From assembly GCA_035275625.1 (NCBI GenBank), contig DATEMK010000564.1:1-44011 (forward strand): 44,011 nucleotides of DNA. The letters run 5' to 3'. A program made the translations under genes and the position numbers. Below are positions 29,501-35,582 of the stretch, one piece after another. How positions within the stretch are numbered: position 1 is the stretch's first letter; every line of letters begins with the position of its first letter. The DNA is from Bacteroidia bacterium. Lineage in GTDB: Bacteria > Bacteroidota > Bacteroidia > AKYH767-A > OLB10. The notes beneath the pieces are model-generated. The model was not told the DNA's origin. It ran no database searches and saw only the letters and a program-made list of their open reading frames with translations.

Positions 29501-30779
29501 CGCTTAAAATGGAAGCTGCATTGTCCCCGCTCCTGATTCCTTTATAAGTGGTTGTCATCAGCTTATAAAGATTGTTTGATAAGCTGTCAGATGGATACAC
29601 GGAGGTTCCCTGTGAAATTAAATTTAAAGAAAAATAATTGTATTCGCCTAAATCCATAAAGGCTACCACATCGCGGTTGGCTTCAGATGCAGCGGTCCTG
29701 TTTGTTTTCCAAACTTCAATCTTAGTGATGTTAATCGGGGAATTAATAACGGGAAGATTTTTTAATGCCTTATCATAATTGTCTTTGAAATATTGTGCAA
29801 GGAAAAAATGCTTGTTAGCTTCATATTGGTCTGCCAGTATTTCATAATTTGTAATCTGGCCTCCACCGGGCGGGACATTAATCGTTGAACGTTGTCCTTT
29901 CTGCTGGGAGAAAACAGTGGTAACGTTCATTCTTCCGAATTTCAGGGCAGTCTTGATTCCGAAAAGTGTTTGTGTTCCCTGTATCAATGAACCTGTCAGC
30001 GGAAGCGTAATATTCCCTGCTTCAATTTTCTGGATGATCTCGTCTTCTTTGCCCGTATATTCCAGCTTCATTTTATTTTCGAAATCAAAACCCGCTTCTG
30101 TGTTGTAATTCACGCCAAGCTTCATTTTTTCGCCAATGTTTCCAATTACATTCATCTGAATTTGTTCATTGAATTCAAATGAAGTATTGGTGCGCTGTTT
30201 AACAGGTACAGCAGGGTTTTCACTGTGCTGAATCTTGAGCCCGAATTTCAGGCTTGCGGAACCCTGCGGACGAATGTCAATGGTGTTGCCTCCGAAAATA
30301 CGGTCAAAAACATCGCTGCCTATATAGATTTTTGGATTGAATCCTTTTCGCTGCAAAATGTCATTTTCGCTGCTTCGCTGCTCCCAGTATTTTTTTGTGG
30401 AATTTTTAAATTGTGCTTCCTTGAACTCTTCAAAAGTCATGTAAGTGGGGTCGCGGTAAAACATATCACCCATCCGCTCATTGATGTCGTATTGTTTTTC
30501 GTCAGGATTATATTCAATGGTGGTTTTAATATTTTCCGGATCATCCAGGTACAAAGGGGTGTTGTTATACTGGCTGGAATATGGATCAGAATAACGGTCA
30601 TGAAAAGGATATTTTAAAGAATCTGTGAGCGGAGTATCAACAGGTACCGGAATGGTGGGTGTGCCTGAAAGATCGCTGTAGCCGCTGAATTCTGCAGGCT
30701 TAGTTCCCCAAACAATGCTAAACACAGGAACGACCAATGCAGCGCTTAAAGTAAATTGTACAAGTTTTTTTAATTGCAC
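23502..30779 (-). CDS. sprA: T9SS outer-membrane translocon SprA/Sov
   Basis: 2425-aa ORF with an N-terminal signal anchor. Its size and sequence character match giant beta-barrel SprA, and it sits next to ruvA, an arrangement I recall in Bacteroidota. Confidence 0.93.
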   Translation of the reverse strand: MQLKKLVQFTLSAALVVPVFSIVWGTKPAEFSGYSDLSGTPTIPVPVDTPLTDSLKYPFHDRYSDPYSSQYNNTPLYLDDPENIKTTIEYNPDEKQYDINERMGDMFYRDPTYMTFEEFKEAQFKNSTKKYWEQRSSENDILQRKGFNPKIYIGSDVFDRIFGGNTIDIRPQGSASLKFGLKIQHSENPAVPVKQRTNTSFEFNEQIQMNVIGNIGEKMKLGVNYNTEAGFDFENKMKLEYTGKEDEIIQKIEAGNITLPLTGSLIQGTQTLFGIKTALKFGRMNVTTVFSQQKGQRSTINVPPGGGQITNYEILADQYEANKHFFLAQYFKDNYDKALKNLPVINSPINITKIEVWKTNRTAASEANRDVVAFMDLGEYNYFSLNLISQGTSVYPSDSLSNNLYKLMTTTYKGIRSGDNAASILSGLSSAPTNFDAQQDYVVIRNAKKLESTEYVFNPRLGYISLNSALNPDEAIAVAFEYTIGNTVYRVGELSTSGVEPPNTLILKLIRSKSQIPELPTWDLMMKNIYSLNGYQIQKENFKLDVLYADDADGGKKKRYISAGATESFINGNPLIKIFGLDTLNSNGDAGGDGVFDFVEGITINTQNGRIIFPEREPFGSYLKSKFNDQTPAGPSSKYIYQELYDSTLTVAQQFAIKNKFSIAGSYQSASGAEISLNAINIPQGSVTVTAGGVPLTENTDFTVDYNLGRVKIINAGILASNTPIQVSVESQSLFSIQSKTLLGARFDYAISKDFTVGGTYLHLNERPITQKVNIGDEPISNTIWGVDGTYRTDSRFITKWVDKLPFLATKEKSTVTVSGEFAQLIPGHSSAIGSGGNAYIDDFEGSQSTIDIRNANTWFLASTPQGIPGRFEETQGMFIDSLRYGFNRAKFAWYTIDPSVFYRANASLLPPNISNAELSNNNVRAVLENEIFPNKENPNNVQTELSVLNLAFYPGERGPYNYDVEPTSISAGISPTTGELLNHKSRWGGIMRRIETSDFESSNVQFIQFWIMDPKNNESLDKDGGKLYFDLGNISEDILSDGQQFFENGLPAATNNFSVDTSSWGLFPTTEYLLNAFDNDPASRKLQDVGLDGLSTTQEQSFFQQSFLDRLNAFGASTAVIDTAQRDPSSDDFHYFRGSDFDNLSLGVLDRYKKYNGTEGNSNSDTPEGYSISATTIPDNEDINRDFQTDQDESYNEYEIDFSLPSSSWKYVVDSTSNPAQTPDGLGRTVKWYQFKIPINDPDAILINHGANLKSVNFVRMYMREWENPVILRFGKLEFLRGEWRRYGFPIDLQDQSISLDLQAFDFDVTVVNLEENGKRSPIPYVIPPGIEREINVGTTNNQQLNEQSLAIKVCNMPDGESRAAYKSTQFDVRNYKNIKMFIHAEEWGCGQCATTTRDNDAVVFVRLGTDFSANYYEYNIPLKLTTPGTTSAEGIWPTANELDIEIAALVNYKLARDKKVNFNTTLYSIPDTVIDGNGRLIRVVGNPSLSNVKSIMIGIKNPDATFFNPYSPDDDGQPKCVEIWVNELRMTNFNEKGGWAATARVQAKLADLGNVTISGAKSTYGFGPLESKINERQQDNREQYDIASSLELGKFFPQKIGLSIPFYIGYSKAIANPYYNPLDPDVRFNDALDNLPDDAQRNELKKITQDYTRRNSYNFTNVRKNKTGNATKSHVYDIENFNFTYGYSEIYRRNVNTEYDLQKDYLAAIGYNYFSTAKGFSPFAKSKGFKSKYAKPIKDFNINFIPSNFSFRTDVNRHYGELKLRNINDDQFAPPPTYDKRFLMSRQYALTWDLTKSLKFDFDANNIARIDEPPGRLDTPAKRDSMWSNFWRGGRNTDYHHSGNLSYNVPLNKLPITDWVSVNTRYGFDYHWTASSLIYDPVSLAPRINPALGNTIQNSNSKQVNGTFTFSSLYNKVPLFKKLLSPPKPKPKAQPKPKVDENAPKDSATVKKPPVPKEKEYGAVVRGIAKVFLSIKNFTLNYTETKGTLLPGYIRTSELLGQDLYSGGPAPGWGFVFGQQDSLFKYRAANNRWITRDSTMNNQFTNTLTRNLTLRSTIEPASGLRIELNAMRSRAQNHSEYFRYFKTLTGEEGFNSFSSIDAGNFSISWLTINTAFTKDNKDYTSDVFNKFNENRRIISKRLAEQNSLSNGFDSTDVYRDGFGATSQQVLTFAFLSAYSGKDANKISLNPFPSTPLPNWRITYDGLSKLAFAKKLFQNVSLTHGYRSSYSINTYATSLLFKQDGSARDQVNNFISRYEFGQISITEEFSPLLGIDIGWKVNKNTLSTRVEFKRDRNLSLDFAGIQLTEIKGTELTIGAGYRFKPKFKLKIAGKQQSMNNDLNITADVSFRKNTTILRKLQEQIDQPTAGLKSYSFDIGADYAVSERFNIKAYFKRDGTTPLISTSFPNTSTEFGFILRFTLAQ

Positions 30780-31006
30780 CTCGGGGAAGAATGGTTTAAG
30801 GTAAGGTTTAAAGTTTAAGGTTTTCGGATCCTTGTGGATTTAAAATCCTTAAATAATTATTCTGAATGTGAATTTTTAAACCAAACCCTGATTATTTTTT
30901 TTAATTTTTTAATTTCCGGCTTAGAAAGTCGGCTAAAATAAAACAAAATTTAATACGAATACGAGTGAATGCGAACTGCATCTGCACGTTTTCACAGTGA
31001 ATTAGT

Positions 31007-31591
31007 TTAAAGACTGCCCAATGCTGATTTAATTAATTCTTCCACGCTCAGGTCTGTGCCTTTAGATTTGATGGCATGGTCCAATGATTTTTCAGCAGCA
31101 TTTTTTGCAAATCCTAAAGTTAATAAAGCACTTAACGCTTCATCGCGGTTTGTATTGTGGATAATGGAAATCATCTTTGTGTTTGCATCGGTTTTTGCCA
31201 GCTTGTCTTTGAGATCAATGATGATGCGCTGCGCAGATTTTGAACCGATGCCTTTTATATTTTGCAATACGGGCGCATTACCGGTTACGATTGCCTGCGC
31301 AATTTCAACGGGCGTTAAGGAAGAGAGCATCATGCGTGCAGTGGCAGCGCCCACGCCTGAAACGCTGATGAGGTTGCGGAACATCCTGCGCTCGTCTTCA
31401 TCGGCAAAGCCATACAGGGTATGCGCATCTTCTTTAATTGCAAGATGCGTAAATATTTTGCAGTGGCTTCCTTCCTGTACTTTACTGTAGGTATTTAACG
31501 AAATATTTACCTGGTACCCGATGCCTGCACATTCGAGCACAATGTGCGTGGCGGTTTTTGAAATTATTTTTCCTGAGATGTAATCGTACAT
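31007..31591 (-). CDS. ruvA: Holliday junction branch migration complex subunit RuvA
   Basis: MYDYISGKI... OB-fold N-terminus and two HhH motifs (ISVSGVGAATA, IKGIGSKSAQRI). Confidence 0.95.
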   Translation of the reverse strand: MYDYISGKIISKTATHIVLECAGIGYQVNISLNTYSKVQEGSHCKIFTHLAIKEDAHTLYGFADEDERRMFRNLISVSGVGAATARMMLSSLTPVEIAQAIVTGNAPVLQNIKGIGSKSAQRIIIDLKDKLAKTDANTKMISIIHNTNRDEALSALLTLGFAKNAAEKSLDHAIKSKGTDLSVEELIKSALGSL

Positions 31592-31601
31592 TTGGCAATT
31601 A

Positions 31602-31625
31602 GTAATTGGGTAATTGGGTAATTGG
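31602..31625. repeat. Octamer stutter GTAATTGG x3 in the ruvA leader
   Basis: Read directly. It is preceded by the degenerate unit GCAATTA and begins 11 nt upstream of the ruvA ATG. Confidence 0.9.
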
Positions 31626-31668
31626 TGAATCCTGTAAGCTGTATGGGTAAATAATTGGAGAATGATTG

Positions 31669-31676
31669 CAAAAGTA
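31669..31676 (-). promoter_or_regulatory. Candidate -7 box (TACTTTTG on the minus strand) for ruvA
   Basis: CAAAAGTA on the + strand, 78 nt upstream of the ruvA ATG. The stutter lies between the box and the ATG. Confidence 0.3.
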
Positions 31677-31721
31677 ATTTATTGCTGATTAACTTTTTGC
31701 TGAATGCAATAACCTTTACAT

Positions 31722-32225
31722 GATCTGTTGAGCCCGCATGGCTTGCGATGGAGGTATTTTTATAATCACCTGCGCACTTTCTTTAATCACTTGTGACATT
31801 ACTGCAATCTGTTGCGCTCCCGCTGTGATCTGTTGTGACAAATTTGTAATCTGTGGTTTCCGCGCGGGGATCAACAGCCGCCTCGACACAATCAGTTGTT
31901 TATTTATTGCAATCACAGGTTCCTTTACGAAAATCAGTGGTTTGCTTTCCGAAATCAGAGGTTATCTCTCCTGGATTGCTGGTGTGCTTTAAGGAATCGT
32001 TGGTTGTCTTTACGGGGTTGGGGGTTCTCTCTCCGGGATCGTTGGCAGGCTCTTGGTGATTTTTAGTCGCCTTTCAAAAATTCGCAGTGTGCTTACGAGG
32101 ATGATGAGTTCCCTCTCCGGGATTCGAGGTGTGCTTTTGAAAATTCGTGGTGCCCCCGCGACAATTTGCGGCCACCTCGTGGAGATTGCTGGTAATTTCC
32201 TTGTGGGTGGAGGTGAGTTCTTGGT
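31722..32225. repeat. Array of 24 tandem 21-bp units in perfect phase (diverged, no indels)
   Basis: An RATY core (GATC/AATC/GATT/AATT) sits at 31722+21n for nearly every n from 0 to 22. Consensus is about RATCnnTGGTnnnCTYTCnnn. Confidence 0.9.
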
Positions 32226-32229
32226 TTGA
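31738..32229 (+). pseudogene. Conceptual heptad-repeat ORF (I-x-G/C/S-x-L-x-x, 22 heptads) interrupted by one TAA; coding status unproven
   Basis: ATG 31738 to TGA 32227-32229 is open except for TAA at 31990-31992. Synonymous-type variation occurs at the conserved Ile, Gly and Leu codons. There is no family match and the antisense frame is also largely open. Confidence 0.3.
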
Positions 32230-32549
32230 ACATGGGATTTGTAAGGTTTCGGGAGGAATTTATTGTTTTTGGAGGAAGTGTTTCAGGAGAATTTTGGAAA
32301 GGTTCTGATGTTGAATGAGTTTGGATTTTGAGTGGTGCTGACGGTGAGGGGATTTGTGGTGTAAGGGATTTAGGGAAGGAGTTTTTGGAAAAAGGGAAGT
32401 TGAATTGATCGGTTAATTGCAAGTTTTGAGCCAGAAAAAAGTAAATTGTCTGAACCTTGATTAAATGGATTAAGAGATTAGTATGATTAAAAATGAAACA
32501 GATTTTGAAATCCTTTTCATAGTCTTATGAGAAATGAGAGGTTATGAAA

Positions 32550-33992
32550 CTACATTACGTCAATGAGAGTACCATCTCCGAACGCTCCGACAAGTTCTGA
32601 TTCAATAGGGCGGCAAATGTCTCTTTCATCCAAAATGGGTTCAAAACTTTTCCCATATTTATCAGGATTACGATAAAGATGTGACTCACCGAAATTGAGT
32701 ATGGTATACCAACTATTTGGTGAAAAGGAATTGTGATCTTCAGCAATCTGCTGAATAAAACAACCTAATGCATAACAAGACATTTTGCTTGCAGGCATTT
32801 TTAATTCCTCATAAATTATTTTTGCAAATGAGTGATATTTCTTTGAAGTAACAATTACTGATTTATCTTCTACGTGATTTATGACAGTTGCTTTTTCTTC
32901 TCTTGCGCCAATTATTTGCAATTTGCTTAATCTGGAAAGGTCAATTTTTTTTGATTTGCAGGCTTCAGGATTTCGCTTTAATTCATTACGCTTCCTGGTA
33001 AGGCTTTTTAACATGTCTCCAGAAGTGCAAAAAGGAATATATAAAAAATCGGCATAGCTGTTGAACAACTCCTCGTAAAGGGCGTTTTTATTTGTCAATT
33101 TATTTTCCGCAAAATATTCCTGATCCTTAATGTAGTATCCATTTCTGTTAAAAGTTAAATCCAAAACCTCAGTGGTTGTCAATTTATTAAAATTAACATC
33201 AGAATAATCATATTGTACAACACAACCAATTTTTTCTAATTTTCCACCATCTGCTCTCTCAGATTCTTTACATAATACCCGTAATGGCGCCATTCCAAAA
33301 CTGGATAAAAAATATTGGAGACTGAAAGCAAGTTTGCATTTGAAGACTGTGCTTAAAACAGGCAACGCAGTTTTTTGCAGTAAATTTTTTTCTATCAACG
33401 ACCTGTAGATATTAAATATATCAATTGCTTCGCGATCATTGAAATGTCCCGTTGGAAGGGTGGATTCATCTTTTATATAAACATTTTTAAATGGTATTAA
33501 TTTACTTATAATTGGCATTAGTTCATTTAATATTTTTTTGATAATTTTTATATCATCTTTAACCTCCTGTATACTATTTAAATTTTCTAACTTTTTTTCG
33601 AATTTGCTGAGTATATCCACAAAATTTATGCGGAAGTTATTTGTAGCTGGGTTTGGAAATTCATAGAGAAAATTTTCATATTCAGGCATAGGAAAGTTTT
33701 CTATGGCTTGCGAAAAAGGTTTGCCTGTACTGTAAGTATTTAAGGCTGTCAGAATATTATAACTACATCCATGTTTTTTAAAACTACTTTCTAATGATTT
33801 ATAATAATAGGTCTGAAAAACCGTGGAGTAAGACAGTTTATAATCCAAGTCGGAATTTGAATTAATGTGGTTTACGAGCGCTTTAAAACTTTCCTCATCA
33901 TTTTTCCACTTATAACCAGGATTTTCAAACAGGAATCGTTTAATGGCTTGTTTTAATAAATCGCTAATTGTCTGGGATGTAACTTGAGGCAT
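32550..33992 (-). CDS. Fold-type-II PLP-enzyme-like protein (Trp-synthase-beta/threonine-synthase superfamily) lacking the Schiff-base lysine, with an unknown N-terminal domain of about 160 aa
   Basis: Residues 171-188 VYIKDESTLPTGHFNDRE align with the family motif K-x-E-x-x-N-P-T-G-S-F-K-D-R, but with N184 where the PLP lysine belongs. About 300 aa follow, which is the expected domain length. IPFCTSGDM sits where the phosphate-binding Gly loop is expected. AT-rich gene. Confidence 0.55.
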   Translation of the reverse strand: MPQVTSQTISDLLKQAIKRFLFENPGYKWKNDEESFKALVNHINSNSDLDYKLSYSTVFQTYYYKSLESSFKKHGCSYNILTALNTYSTGKPFSQAIENFPMPEYENFLYEFPNPATNNFRINFVDILSKFEKKLENLNSIQEVKDDIKIIKKILNELMPIISKLIPFKNVYIKDESTLPTGHFNDREAIDIFNIYRSLIEKNLLQKTALPVLSTVFKCKLAFSLQYFLSSFGMAPLRVLCKESERADGGKLEKIGCVVQYDYSDVNFNKLTTTEVLDLTFNRNGYYIKDQEYFAENKLTNKNALYEELFNSYADFLYIPFCTSGDMLKSLTRKRNELKRNPEACKSKKIDLSRLSKLQIIGAREEKATVINHVEDKSVIVTSKKYHSFAKIIYEELKMPASKMSCYALGCFIQQIAEDHNSFSPNSWYTILNFGESHLYRNPDKYGKSFEPILDERDICRPIESELVGAFGDGTLIDVM

Positions 33993-34322
33993 TTCTTTAA
34001 AATTTAGGAGTTAAAATTATTTTTCACGATTTTCATTCTCATAATATAAAGGTAGTAAAAGTTTGCAAAGGAAACAAATTTTTTTTATCAAATTAAAGTT
34101 GTCTGAGCATTAAATTTTTATTTTTTTTTATTTTTTATCAACAATTTTTGTTTAATAAGTATTAATAATGCGGTAAATTAAATAAATATGCCATCCCTTG
34201 TCCAGATATTTCTTTTTGCTTCTCTTCAAAAGATTTGCAATAATATGTCAAATATAACTTTCATGCAAATATAAAAAAGTAAATATGTGATAAACGTGAA
34301 AAAACGTTGGACGTAATGAAAT

Positions 34323-34340
34323 ATCATACTTTAGTATGAT
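34323..34340. promoter_or_regulatory. Perfect 8-2-8 palindrome ATCATACT-TT-AGTATGAT (operator-like)
   Basis: Read directly. It is centred about 45 bp upstream of the candidate -7 box of the 374-aa/CHASE2 operon, inside the 432-bp divergent intergenic region. Confidence 0.4.
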
Positions 34341-34376
34341 TTTACGAAATTACTTTTTTTTCATGTTTCTCTTTCA

Positions 34377-34384
34377 TAGATTTG
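34377..34384 (+). promoter_or_regulatory. Candidate -7 box (TAGATTTG) for the 374-aa/CHASE2 operon
   Basis: Exact TAnnTTTG match 40 nt upstream of ATG 34425. Confidence 0.35.
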
Positions 34385-34424
34385 GTGGTGTTAAAATACT
34401 GAAACCATTAAAAACATTAAAAAA

Positions 34425-35549
34425 ATGAAAAACGTTTACTCTAACCCCGTGAAGATTTTCTTCGTCCGGGCGGCCAGTGGCAAATTGTTATTATTTGTTG
34501 TCTTGTTTATTTTCTCCGGCTTTTCCTTGCATCCTCAATGCATTTTACCGGATTCTATCTTGCAACAGGTCAAAATTATTGAATTTCCACCAGAATGGTG
34601 TGATCAACTTTTGCCTGTCGTATATGACATGCGAAAGAATAATATGGCTTCGTGCAGAGATATTAAAGACTACCTTGATTCAAATATCCGTGGTGGGGCA
34701 AAATTCGAAATTGAAGTTTTGTTTGGAACAAAATGGGTTACAATAAAATCGTGTACTTCCTATCAAGAGGAAAAAAACCAAGTCCCAGGACGAATTGATT
34801 TGGCTACTGAAGAAATAACTTTTAATTCTGATGCGCGCTATTCCAAAGCAAAATCTTTGCTGGAAAATGAAATCAGCCGATTTTGTTTTAAATTGGATTC
34901 GATAACCGTGGAGGACTCATCCGTAATGCCTTTGCTTAATATGTTTTCACAATTTTTAGCAACAAGGTTTACAGAAAAAGGGGACATCATTCAAATAGAT
35001 TCAACAGTTTCCAGCCAGGTTCTACTTAAGGATAGTTCATATGAACAATTCACCGGACTTAATGACTTGTCAATAGCACCGGTTGTTACAGTATTGCTTT
35101 CCGACAATGATTTGTCGGACAAAAAACGCCTGCAAGATTACAACGATTGGCTGAATACAAAATATGTTGCAGAAATGTCTTCATTAACAGGTTTAATATT
35201 TGAAGATATGAAAAAAGCAAAATCAGAAATTCTACATTCCGAACAACCGTTTGAAAGCGGACAAAATGTTAATGTTAAAAAAAATAAAGTGAATAAAACA
35301 GATACGGTTTCTGTTAGGACATGCCCTTTTTTAAACAGTCTGCCAAAAGAAAATAAAGCCTCTTTAAAATTTGAACTAAGATTTTTATCGTATAAAGAAA
35401 AAACGGAAGTTATTCAATTAATCAGTGTTTTAAAATCAATTTGTCCAGATATTACTCCAGAAGAATTACTCATAGAGGTAAAAAATCATTTGCGGAAGAA
35501 GTATGATTTTGTTAATGATGCTATGGTTGATTCATTGGTAATAAAATAA
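34425..35549 (+). CDS. Hypothetical exported or membrane-anchored protein
   Basis: N-terminal hydrophobic segment KLLLFVVLFIFSGFSL, no recognised domain. Its stop lies 33 nt before the next ORF on the same strand. Confidence 0.65.
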   Translation: MKNVYSNPVKIFFVRAASGKLLLFVVLFIFSGFSLHPQCILPDSILQQVKIIEFPPEWCDQLLPVVYDMRKNNMASCRDIKDYLDSNIRGGAKFEIEVLFGTKWVTIKSCTSYQEEKNQVPGRIDLATEEITFNSDARYSKAKSLLENEISRFCFKLDSITVEDSSVMPLLNMFSQFLATRFTEKGDIIQIDSTVSSQVLLKDSSYEQFTGLNDLSIAPVVTVLLSDNDLSDKKRLQDYNDWLNTKYVAEMSSLTGLIFEDMKKAKSEILHSEQPFESGQNVNVKKNKVNKTDTVSVRTCPFLNSLPKENKASLKFELRFLSYKEKTEVIQLISVLKSICPDITPEELLIEVKNHLRKKYDFVNDAMVDSLVIK

Positions 35550-35582
35550 ATTTTCAAAAAATCTAAAAAACTCAAAATCGAA

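Noticed and set aside
24339-30617. Plus-strand ORFs inside sprA (for example 27278..27736 at 152 aa and 30225..30617 at 130 aa).
   Set aside because: These are shadow ORFs antisense to a 2425-aa gene with clear identity. Their products have no motifs and odd composition.
31056-31490. 144-aa ORF antisense to ruvA.
   Set aside because: It lies entirely within the well-supported ruvA CDS and is a typical antisense shadow frame.
31722-32225. Possible CRISPR array (regular short repeats).
   Set aside because: The units abut one another with no unique spacers. The period is only 21 bp, the units are diverged rather than near-identical, and no cas genes are present.
31716-32422. Minus-strand ORFs 31716..31916 (66 aa, Q-Q-I heptads) and 32093..32422 (109 aa, Pro/Ser-rich) as genes.
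   Set aside because: They lie in different frames and are products of the repeat structure and strand skew. The products are low-complexity and neither frame spans the array. They are kept only as an alternative reading under the array finding.
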